A program made the translations under genes and the position numbers. 64,000 bases of DNA, taken from NCBI GenBank assembly GCA_031370785.1, contig JANMQY010000140.1:18627-82626 (forward strand). The letters run 5' to 3'. The notes under the pieces are model-generated. The model was not told the DNA's origin and did no database searches. It saw nothing but the letters and a program-made list of their open reading frames with translations. The stretch is from Candidatus Eiseniibacteriota bacterium. Its GTDB lineage: Bacteria; Eisenbacteria; RBG-16-71-46. Positions 8,191 through 16,724 of the stretch are shown in pieces. Position 1 is the stretch's first letter. Every line of letters begins with the position of its first letter.

Positions 8191-11004
8191 ATGCGCCGCA
8201 TCGCTCTCCTCCTGTCCGGTGTCGTGTTGGTCGTTGGCCTCGCCTCGGCGCCGCGACATCTCATCTCGCGCACCGCCACGAATCCGGACTTCGTTCACTT
8301 CGAGAGCGGACATGTGCACCCGGCGACGATCACACCGAGCGGGAATCGCCTGCTGGTCGTGAACACTCCGGACAACCGGCTCACGGTGTTCGATCTCACG
8401 CAGGGCCCGCCCAGCAGGGACACACGCATTGCCGAAATCCCGGTCGGCATGGAGCCGGTCGCGGTCGCCGCGCTCGATGACAGCACCGCGTGGGTGGTGA
8501 ACAACCTCTCGGACGACGTGAGCATCGTCAACCTGAACACCATGCACGTGACGAAGGCGCTGCGCGTCGGCGATGAGCCGAACGACGTGGTGTTCGCAGG
8601 CACGCCGACCCGAGCCTACGTGAGCGTCACCAACGAGGACGTGGTCAAGGTGTACGATCCGTCGACCCGGCTCGAGGTCGCGATGATCCCGGTGCTCGGC
8701 CGGATGCCGCGCGCGCTGGCGCGCAACGCGGCCGGGACACTGGTGTTCGTCAACGTGCTCCAGGGCGGCAACAAGACTTCGATCCTGGGCGCGAACAAGG
8801 TCCCGAACGACTCGATCCCTCAGGAGCTCGAGTTCCCGCCCGACTCGATTCCCGGCCATGGCGCGCCCAAGACCGGATTCATCGTCCAGCTCTCGAAAGG
8901 TAGCTGGTACGACACCTACGGCAACATGTGGAACTCCAAGATCAAGTATTCGATGGCGGACGTGGACGTGGCCGAGATCAACACCGCGACCAACACGGTC
9001 ACCCGCAACTTCGGAAACGTCGGCACCAACAACTTTGGAATCGCGGTGAGCCCGACCGACGGGCGCGTCGCGGTCAGCACCACGGATTCGCGAAACAACT
9101 TCCGCTTCGAGCCGAGGCTGATCGGCTATCTGGTCGAGACCCAGGTGGGCTACATCAATACCGCCGGCGTGGTCAGCCTGCGCAAGCTCGATCCGCACAT
9201 CGACTACACGATCGTGCCCGGCACGCAGGCCGAGGCCGACTCGGCGATCGGCACTCCGGTCTGTATCGCGTTCTCCAGCAACGGTGCGCGCACTTATGTC
9301 ACCTCGATGGCCACGAACAAGCTGGCGGTGCTGAACACGTTTTCGGCCGTCGGAGTCCTGGCACGCGTGCCGACCGTCGCGGGTCCGACCGGCGTGGTGG
9401 TGGATGACGCTCGCGGGCAGATCTACATCGTGGGCCGGGACCGCAACCAGATTCAGACCCTGTCCTCCACCGATTTCAGCCAGATCGCTCTGGGCTCGAT
9501 CGGCATGGACCCGACCCCGAACGAGATCGTGAACGGGCGGAAGTTCTTCTACGGCGGTTTCACGTCGGCGCACGGCGACCAGTCGTGCGCGACCTGTCAC
9601 ATCTTCGGCGACTCGGACAACATGGTGTGGGATCTCGGCGATCCCTTCGGCGCGTACGTGCCGCCGCCGGTTCCGAATCCGCAGGGCCTGCAGGGATTCC
9701 ATCCGATGAAGGGTCCGCTGCTGACGCAGACCCTGCGTGGGCTGACCAACACCGAGCCGTTCCACTGGCGGGGCGATCGCACGAACATGGCGGCGTTCAA
9801 CGGGGCGATCGTGACGCTGTTGGGGCGCGCGGCGCCGCTCCCCGACAGCGAGATGACCGCGTTCGGCGACTTCGTGATGCCGCTCGCGCTGGCTCCGAAT
9901 CCCGCGCAGTACCTCGACCGCACCATGCCGGATGCTCCGAGCACCGATCCCAGCGCGCTGCGCGGCGAGACGTTCTTCTTCAACACGCCGGTCGACGGCA
10001 TCCTCAAGTGCAACGATTGCCACACCGCGACCAGCTTCGGCCCCGGAACCAATCGCGTCATGATTCCCGCGGCGCAGCTGAATGAATCGCAGGATCTCAA
10101 GGTGCCGCAGCTGCGCACCCAGTACCGGAAGACCGGGTTCCGCGACGAGCCCGGCTGGATCAACAAGCGCGGGTTCGGATACACGCATGACGGGGCCGTC
10201 GATACCCTGACCGCGTTCCTGCACGCGGCGCAGTTCGATTTCGGCGCCGAGCCCGCGGCCGGAGAGAACCGCCGCGACCTCGAGGCGTTCCTGCACGCGT
10301 TCGACACCGGAACTGCGCCGGCGGTCGGATACCAGATGACCTTTGACGGGCCGAACAACGCTGATCTCACCGAGATCGCGCGCATGGACACTCTCGAGGG
10401 CCAGGCCGCTCTCAATTACTGCGACCTGATCGCCAAGGGCCGGGTCAATGGCCAGCCGCGCGGCTGGGAATACCTGGGCGGCGGGCTGTGGAAGCCCGAC
10501 AAGGCGAGCGCGCCCAACCTGACCAGCGCCGATCTGCGCGCGCTGGGTGAGCTCGGCACCGAGCTGACCGTGACCGGTGTGCCCAAGGGCAGCGGCCATC
10601 GCATGGGCATCGACCGCGATCGCGACGGCTATCTCGACGGCGATGAGCTCGATGCGCTCAGCGATCCCGGCAGCTTCGAATCGAACCCGACCAACGTCGG
10701 CGTCGGTCACTCGCCGAATGTCTTCGCGTTCTCGGTGCGTGGCGTGCGTCCGAATCCGTTCCGCGAGTCGACCGAACTCGCATTCACGCTCGGAGCGCGC
10801 AGCAGGGTGAGCGTCACCGTCTACGATGTCATGGGCCGGCAGGTGCGCGGCGTGGCACGCGGCCTGTGGCTGGATGCGGGCCCGCAGAGCGTGCGCTGGG
10901 ACGGCCGCGACGCGAGTGGAGCTTCGGCCAGGGCCGGCGTGTACTTCATCCGCCTCGAGACCGAGCACGGCCAGTGGACGCGTGCGGCGGTCCGGATTCG
11001 CTGA
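8191..11004 (+). CDS. Secreted YVTN/YncE beta-propeller + diheme cytochrome c (CCP/MauG-like) + C-terminal FlgD-Ig/sorting domain
   Basis: Signal peptide; repeats IPVGMEPVAVA and LRVGDEPNDV; CATCH (9586-9600) and CNDCH (10009-10023); LKVPQLR, YTHDG; DRDRDGYLDGDE; PNPF...VYDVMGRQVR...WDGRDASG...AGVYFIRL. Confidence 0.75.
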   Translation: MRRIALLLSGVVLVVGLASAPRHLISRTATNPDFVHFESGHVHPATITPSGNRLLVVNTPDNRLTVFDLTQGPPSRDTRIAEIPVGMEPVAVAALDDSTAWVVNNLSDDVSIVNLNTMHVTKALRVGDEPNDVVFAGTPTRAYVSVTNEDVVKVYDPSTRLEVAMIPVLGRMPRALARNAAGTLVFVNVLQGGNKTSILGANKVPNDSIPQELEFPPDSIPGHGAPKTGFIVQLSKGSWYDTYGNMWNSKIKYSMADVDVAEINTATNTVTRNFGNVGTNNFGIAVSPTDGRVAVSTTDSRNNFRFEPRLIGYLVETQVGYINTAGVVSLRKLDPHIDYTIVPGTQAEADSAIGTPVCIAFSSNGARTYVTSMATNKLAVLNTFSAVGVLARVPTVAGPTGVVVDDARGQIYIVGRDRNQIQTLSSTDFSQIALGSIGMDPTPNEIVNGRKFFYGGFTSAHGDQSCATCHIFGDSDNMVWDLGDPFGAYVPPPVPNPQGLQGFHPMKGPLLTQTLRGLTNTEPFHWRGDRTNMAAFNGAIVTLLGRAAPLPDSEMTAFGDFVMPLALAPNPAQYLDRTMPDAPSTDPSALRGETFFFNTPVDGILKCNDCHTATSFGPGTNRVMIPAAQLNESQDLKVPQLRTQYRKTGFRDEPGWINKRGFGYTHDGAVDTLTAFLHAAQFDFGAEPAAGENRRDLEAFLHAFDTGTAPAVGYQMTFDGPNNADLTEIARMDTLEGQAALNYCDLIAKGRVNGQPRGWEYLGGGLWKPDKASAPNLTSADLRALGELGTELTVTGVPKGSGHRMGIDRDRDGYLDGDELDALSDPGSFESNPTNVGVGHSPNVFAFSVRGVRPNPFRESTELAFTLGARSRVSVTVYDVMGRQVRGVARGLWLDAGPQSVRWDGRDASGASARAGVYFIRLETEHGQWTRAAVRIR

Positions 11005-11044
11005 CGCGAAGCACCGCGCGGCCCTTGCTGCGCGCGCAACCGTC

Positions 11045-11097
11045 CGGAAGCCGTAGGCGTTCCCCGACGCCTGTCGGCTTTCGGCGGTTCGCGTTTA
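11045..11097 (+). terminator. Probable intrinsic terminator
   Basis: Stem GAAGCCG-TAGGCGT/ACGCCTG-TCGGCTTT followed by TCGCGTTT. Confidence 0.55.
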
Positions 11098-11161
11098 CGA
11101 GGCCTTGCAGCATGTCGGGCGCACGGCCGGACACGCCCACAAGTGCTAGAGTCGCTGCCCC

Positions 11162-13525
11162 ATGACTCCGCCCGCCGATGATGCCTCCAGCGTGCTCGCC
11201 AGCGCCGAACACCTTCCGCTCGTCGGCACGGGAGAGGGCTGCCTCGAGATCGTCGCCGAGCGCCTGCGCACCACGCCGGGGGTCGTGGCGCTCGAGGCCG
11301 ATTTCCGGGATCACACGCTCACCGTCCGCTATCAGCCGTCGCGCATCGAGCCCGACCGGCTGAACGCGCTGGCGGACGAGATCGCCGCCCTGTTCGCCCA
11401 GCGCGTCACCCACTGCGATCGCCGGCAATCACTCGACGCGTGCAGCGAATGCGCGATGCGGCTCGGGCACATTCCCGAGCTCGACCAGCGCGAATTCGCG
11501 GTCACCGCCGAGGCGGATCGGGTCGGAATCAGCCGGCGTCTGGTGCCGACCGACAGCGCCGAGCTGCGCCGCCCGCTGGGCTCGGCCAAGCCGTGGGGCG
11601 CGACCCTCTCGAACGCGGAGCAGGAGCACCATTCGAAGGGCCGCTCGATGGCGGTGCTGACCGGGGTGTGCCTCACGCTGCTGATCGCAGGGGTCGCCTT
11701 CGAGCACGCCGGGCTTCCGCTGGCGTTTTCGCGCGGCGCGTTCACGCTCGCGGCGATCTTCGGCGGCTGGTTCTCGCTGCGCTCGACGCTGCGCTCGCTC
11801 GCGAGACTGCGCTTCGACGTCAACCTGCTGATGATCCTCGCGGCGTTCGGCGCCGCCGTGATCGGCTACGTCTTCGAGGCCGCAGTCCTGATGTTCCTGT
11901 TCTCGCTCAGCAACACGCTCGAGGTGTACACCATGGGCCGCACGCGGCGCGCGCTGCACGCGCTGCTCAAGCTGCGTCCCGCGCGTGCGCTGGTCGTGCG
12001 AAATGGGCGCGAGATCGAGATCGACGCCGAGTCGGTCGCCATCGGCGAGCGCGTGATCGTGAAGCCCGGAGAAGCGATCCCGGTGGATGGAGTGGTGCTG
12101 ACCGGCACCTCGCTGGTGGACCAGAGCAGCCTGACCGGCGAATCGGTGCCGGTCGCCAAGGAGGCCGGCGACCGGGTGTTCACGGGCACGCTGAACCAGC
12201 AGGGCTCGATCGACGTGCGCACTACCCGCGCCGCGTCCGACACCGCGCTCGCGCGCATCGTCACCCTGGTTCGGGAAGCGCAGGAGCAGAAGTCGCGCAC
12301 CGAAGAGGTGGCGGAGTGGGTCGGCCGCTACTACACCGTGGTCGTCATGCTCGCGGCGCTCGCAATGATCGTGATTCCGCCGTTCGCGTTCGGGCACGAT
12401 TTCCAGAGCTCGTTCTATCGGGCCATGACGTTGCTGGTGGTGGCCTCGCCGTGTGCGCTGGTGATCGCGACCCCGGCCACCATCCTCAGCGCGATCGCGA
12501 ACGCGGCCCGCAACGGCGTGCTGTTCAAGGGTGGGCGCTTCATCGAAGCGCTCGGCCGCGTCAAGGCCATCGCGTTCGACAAGACCGGCACGCTGACCCG
12601 CGGTCGATTCGAAGTGACCGACGTGTTCGCACTCGACGGCGCACGCGAGGAGGAGATTCTGGGCTGGGCGGCGAGCGCAGAGAAACGCTCCCCGCACCCG
12701 CTGGCGCAGGCCGTGGTGCGCGCGGCGGAAGCGCGCGGGCTCAATCCGATCGCGGCCGAGCAGCTCACCAATCATCTCGGCAAGGGCCTGGCCGCGCGCG
12801 TGAACGGGATCCAGGTCGAGATCGGAACGCCCGAGCTGTTCGCGCACCTCGGGGTCGCGGTGCCCGCGCCGGTGCTGGAGCGCGTCGCGACCTTCCACCG
12901 CGAGGCGCACACCGCGATGATCGTGCGCCGTGGCGCGGCGTGGGGCGTGATCGCCGCCGCCGATCAGCTGCGCCCCGCTGCGGCCGGGATGGTGGCCGAG
13001 CTCAAGCGCGAAGGAATCGCGTCGGTCGTGCTGCTCTCCGGCGACGACCCCGGCACCGTCGAGGCGATCGCGCGCCGGGCCGGCGTCGATGAGTTCCGGG
13101 GCGCGCTGCTGCCCGAAGACAAGGTGAACGCGATTGCCGAGCTCGAGCGCACGCACGGTGCGGTCGCCATGGTCGGCGATGGAATCAACGATGCGCCCGC
13201 GCTAGCGCGCGCCGGGGTCGGGATCGTGATGGGCGGGATCGGCAGCGACGCGGCCCTCGAGAGCGCCGATGTCGTGCTCATGTCCGACGATCTCGGAGCC
13301 CTACCCTACGCGGTGCGCCTCAGCCGCCGCGCGCGATCGGTCGTAGTCCAGAACGTGACCATCGCCTCGGGTGTCATGCTGCTGCTCGTGACCTGGGTGT
13401 TCCTCGGCCAGCACACGCCGTTCGGCGCGCTCAAGCTGCCGATCGCCGTGTCGGGGCACGAAGGCAGCACGGTGATCGTGATCCTCAACGGCCTGCGACT
13501 GCTGGGGGAGAAGCGCGCGCGGTAG
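11162..13525 (+). CDS. Heavy-metal P1B-type ATPase, P1B-4 (PfeT/ZosA/CoaT-like)
   Basis: TGES, VASPCAL, DKTGT, HP, GDGINDAP, HEGST; degenerate N-terminal HMA-like domain. Confidence 0.9.
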   Translation: MTPPADDASSVLASAEHLPLVGTGEGCLEIVAERLRTTPGVVALEADFRDHTLTVRYQPSRIEPDRLNALADEIAALFAQRVTHCDRRQSLDACSECAMRLGHIPELDQREFAVTAEADRVGISRRLVPTDSAELRRPLGSAKPWGATLSNAEQEHHSKGRSMAVLTGVCLTLLIAGVAFEHAGLPLAFSRGAFTLAAIFGGWFSLRSTLRSLARLRFDVNLLMILAAFGAAVIGYVFEAAVLMFLFSLSNTLEVYTMGRTRRALHALLKLRPARALVVRNGREIEIDAESVAIGERVIVKPGEAIPVDGVVLTGTSLVDQSSLTGESVPVAKEAGDRVFTGTLNQQGSIDVRTTRAASDTALARIVTLVREAQEQKSRTEEVAEWVGRYYTVVVMLAALAMIVIPPFAFGHDFQSSFYRAMTLLVVASPCALVIATPATILSAIANAARNGVLFKGGRFIEALGRVKAIAFDKTGTLTRGRFEVTDVFALDGAREEEILGWAASAEKRSPHPLAQAVVRAAEARGLNPIAAEQLTNHLGKGLAARVNGIQVEIGTPELFAHLGVAVPAPVLERVATFHREAHTAMIVRRGAAWGVIAAADQLRPAAAGMVAELKREGIASVVLLSGDDPGTVEAIARRAGVDEFRGALLPEDKVNAIAELERTHGAVAMVGDGINDAPALARAGVGIVMGGIGSDAALESADVVLMSDDLGALPYAVRLSRRARSVVVQNVTIASGVMLLLVTWVFLGQHTPFGALKLPIAVSGHEGSTVIVILNGLRLLGEKRAR

Positions 13526-13530
13526 AAGCT

Positions 13531-14106
13531 CTACGCCTTCCTGCGTTTCACCTTCCACTTGCCGGTCGCGGTCGACGAGCCGGCGCCATGCGAGGTCGAG
13601 AACGTTCCGTCGATGACGTCACCATGGATGCGGCCATCGAACGTCGTGAACGCAGTGCAATCGCAGGCAGGATCGGTGTAGGGATCGAGCCGGCCGGTGA
13701 CGCCTCCGCCCGCGGCATGCACGAACGTGACGGCCAGATCCTGAACCATGACGATCTGGATGCGCTTGCTATCGACTGCGCGCGGTACTCCGAGTGGCGC
13801 GCCCGGGTAGACCATGCCCACAGTTCCCTGCGCGGAATCGGATCCGGCCGCGAGATGGAAGCTGATCGCGCCGTTTCGTCCGCTCGGCCCGCCCGAGTAT
13901 TCACCCGACCAATCGCCGGCAAGCCGAGCCACGTCGGAAGCGCTGCCCGAGACCGGCATGTTGGCCGGAACGGTCGCGCAGCCAGCCACCATGAGAACGA
14001 GCGCGACGAGAGCGCCGCGCGCGACGGCGGGGGAGCGACGAGAGGCACGCAGTACGGGCCGGCGGTCGTTGATGGAAACGATGCGGCGCTCGATTCGTTC
14101 ACGCAT
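13531..14106 (-). CDS. Hypothetical beta-rich lipoprotein
   Basis: RBS AAAGGAG; lipobox LMVAGC; LAGDWSGEY; CDC. Confidence 0.65.
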   Translation of the reverse strand: MRERIERRIVSINDRRPVLRASRRSPAVARGALVALVLMVAGCATVPANMPVSGSASDVARLAGDWSGEYSGGPSGRNGAISFHLAAGSDSAQGTVGMVYPGAPLGVPRAVDSKRIQIVMVQDLAVTFVHAAGGGVTGRLDPYTDPACDCTAFTTFDGRIHGDVIDGTFSTSHGAGSSTATGKWKVKRRKA

Positions 14107-14225
14107 GGCGGCTCCTTTGGTGAGTGGGACGAGGCCTGGCGGCCATCGTACATCGGGAGCCGGAGCAAACCCACCGCGCTGGTTCGATGCGAGCCCGCGC
14201 CGGCCGGCGGAGCGGGCAGGACGGG

Positions 14226-14882
14226 TCAGGGCAGTGGAGTCACCACCACGTTGTCGTAGTACAACGTGCACTGTCCGACTCCGCCCGTGTAGGCCGGCAG
14301 CGCGATCCGTCCCTGCGGGCAGACGTTCTTCTGATCGAGTCGGTCGATCAGCAGCTCGCCGTTGACGAACACGCGATAGCGCGAGCGGCGCGCCTCGACG
14401 CGCAGGTGGTGCCACACACCGTTGGCGTTGACCACGCGCGCCTTGCCCATCGGCCATTCACGCCGGTACATCACCACGTCCTGATAGCCCTGCCCGCGGA
14501 GATCCACGCCCACACCACGCTCACCCGTCACCCGAACGACCACGCCCTTGTCGACCCCGCGCATCTGGCAGACGTCCAGGTCCACGGCATAGTCTGTCCA
14601 GCTCTCCGAGCCGGCGTAGAGGAACCCCCGCAACTGCTTCACGTCGGGGAGGTCGGCGCGCAGCATTCCGTGGCGCACGGTCCAGACGCCGGGCCGATCG
14701 GGCCCCCAGCCCTTCAGGCTCCTGTCGTGGAAATCGTCGCTGAACAGGGCGTTCGGCGGGGCAACGAAGTGCGGAGAAGCGGACGGGGAGGCGTCACGAT
14801 AGGGGTCCGGGGCGGCGCCAAGTGCCAGAATGGCCAGAAAAACGCCGGTAGCCACGGGTCCATGTGTGCGAAGGCGCTTCAC
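14226..14882 (-). CDS. Secreted DUF1080/3-keto-disaccharide-hydrolase-like (ConA-fold) protein
   Basis: Signal peptide; LFSDDF...WTVRHG...WTDY...WHHLRVE...VFVNG...GRIAL...YDNVVV. Start approximate. Confidence 0.65.
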   Translation of the reverse strand: MKRLRTHGPVATGVFLAILALGAAPDPYRDASPSASPHFVAPPNALFSDDFHDRSLKGWGPDRPGVWTVRHGMLRADLPDVKQLRGFLYAGSESWTDYAVDLDVCQMRGVDKGVVVRVTGERGVGVDLRGQGYQDVVMYRREWPMGKARVVNANGVWHHLRVEARRSRYRVFVNGELLIDRLDQKNVCPQGRIALPAYTGGVGQCTLYYDNVVVTPLP

Positions 14883-14970
14883 GGCGAGCCAGAGTGCCCC
14901 ATTTCCCGCGAAAGTCAACCGGTGCCACCGGTTTGCCGCCCTCGGAACCCGCTGGTATGATGCCGTGCTT

Positions 14971-15891
14971 ATGGGTACCCGGAAGCGCTCCATCGAGATC
15001 ATCGGCGTCCCCGTCGACCTCGGTGCCGGCCGGCGTGGGGTGGACATGGGCCCTTCAGCGATCCGGATCGCCGACCTGGAGCCCCGCCTCGAGCAGCTCG
15101 GACACAAGGTGCTGGACTCGGGTGACCTCGATGTGATGATTCCCGAAACCCAGAAGGTGGGCGAGGGTAAGCTCAAGTACAAAGCGCCGATCCTCGCCGC
15201 GTGCGTGGATCTCGAGCGCGCGGTCGGCAACAGCCTCGAGAAGAATCGCCTGCCGCTCGTGCTCGGAGGCGATCACAGCATCGCCATCGGCTCGGTGGCC
15301 GGCTCGACCAACTTTTTTGCGAAGCAAAATGAAACGCTCGGTCTGATCTGGTTCGACGCGCATGGTGACGCGAACACGCCGGAGACGACGCCGTCCGGAA
15401 ACATCCACGGCATGTCGCTCGCGGTCTCGCTCGGTCTCGGGGATCCCGACCTCGTGAACCTGGGCGGGCGTGCTCCAAAGGTGCTGGCGCGCAACACCGT
15501 GCTCATCGGCATCCGCGATCTCGATCAGGGCGAACGCGACACCCTCAAGAAGTCCGGCGTGAGCGTCTACACCATGCGCGATCTGGATGAGCGGGGAATG
15601 CGCGACGTGGTGGACGAGGCAATCCGACTTGCGAGCGACGGCACCGCGGGAATCCATCTCTCGTTCGACCTGGATGTGGTGGATCCGGAGGACGCGCCCG
15701 GCACCGGGACTCCGGTGTGGGGCGGAATCACGTACCGCGAAGCGCACCTTGCGATGGAGTTGATGAGCGACCGCGCCCAGATCGTGGCGATCGATCTGGT
15801 CGAAGTGAATCCGGTGCTCGACACACAGAACATGACCGGGATTCTGGCCGCCGAGCTGGCCCAGAGCGCGCTCGGAAAGCGGATCCTCTGA
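14971..15891 (+). CDS. rocF: Arginase
   Basis: GVDMGPSAIR, GGDHS, DAHGD, SGNIHGM, SFDLDVVDP, VEVNP. Confidence 0.95.
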   Translation: MGTRKRSIEIIGVPVDLGAGRRGVDMGPSAIRIADLEPRLEQLGHKVLDSGDLDVMIPETQKVGEGKLKYKAPILAACVDLERAVGNSLEKNRLPLVLGGDHSIAIGSVAGSTNFFAKQNETLGLIWFDAHGDANTPETTPSGNIHGMSLAVSLGLGDPDLVNLGGRAPKVLARNTVLIGIRDLDQGERDTLKKSGVSVYTMRDLDERGMRDVVDEAIRLASDGTAGIHLSFDLDVVDPEDAPGTGTPVWGGITYREAHLAMELMSDRAQIVAIDLVEVNPVLDTQNMTGILAAELAQSALGKRIL

Positions 15892-15985
15892 ATGACTTGC
15901 CCGTGAGACCCAGTAGCAAGACTTGAACCTTCAAGCCCTGCGACAGGGACGCCAGTTTCAGTCGCCAGGCAGAGCAGGAGAGAGA

Positions 15986-16429
15986 TTGACGACCGACACA
16001 CGCACCACCCCGGCAGCAAAGCGAGAGGACGAGCGCGAGGCCGTGCGCCGCTTTCTCACCTCGCGCGGCTGCACCGAGCGCATCGTCGACGGCGGCATCG
16101 ATGCGCTGATCACCGAATGGGCGCGCATCGCCGAATCGGTGGCGACCGGCTATAAGCCCGACTCTCTCGACGACTATCTGAACGACATGGACGTGCGCGA
16201 GCTGGTCGCGCTGACGCTCGCCTCGGTGCCCGCCGCGGTGCGTCCCGCGCGTCGCGAGCGCCTTGCCGCCGCAGATGCTCGCATCCGATCCGCGCTCAAG
16301 CCACGGGCGCGCTGCCTGTGGGGTCCCGGAGTCGCGGCCAGCCATCGCTGGAAGCCCGAAGTGCAGTGGTGGTACTTCATGCAGCCGGGAAAACCCGGAC
16401 CCGGGCTCGCGCGCGAACTCGAGAGCTAG
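15986..16429 (+). CDS. Hypothetical protein
   Basis: TTG start after GGAGAG; coding-like composition; DDYLNDMDVR and WWYF segments. Confidence 0.65.
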   Translation: MTTDTRTTPAAKREDEREAVRRFLTSRGCTERIVDGGIDALITEWARIAESVATGYKPDSLDDYLNDMDVRELVALTLASVPAAVRPARRERLAAADARIRSALKPRARCLWGPGVAASHRWKPEVQWWYFMQPGKPGPGLARELES

Positions 16430-16463
16430 CGCAATCGACACCTGAGGTCGAGGGGACGGCGCG

Positions 16464-16724
16464 TTAGATTCGCGGCGCCGAATGGCCCGTCGTCTGGTTG
16501 TCGTTCGGGTTGCCCTTCCCATCGCCTTCGACCGGCACCCAGCCTTCATCCGGCACCAACATGTCGGAGTCGCCGCTGAACCGATCGACGCGCACGGGGT
16601 AGGCGTTCCCGTCATCGAAAATGTGATCGTAGCGAAAGCGCGTCGGCCACACCCACAACGCGAACGCGGCGACGATCAGCAGCAGCGCGAGCCGCCACAA
16701 CCGCTCGATCCACAGCCTGAGCAT
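16464..16724 (-). CDS. Small single-pass membrane protein
   Basis: ATG coupled to the S9 stop (TGATG); TM helix LALLLIVAAFALWVW. Confidence 0.6.
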   Translation of the reverse strand: MLRLWIERLWRLALLLIVAAFALWVWPTRFRYDHIFDDGNAYPVRVDRFSGDSDMLVPDEGWVPVEGDGKGNPNDNQTTGHSAPRI

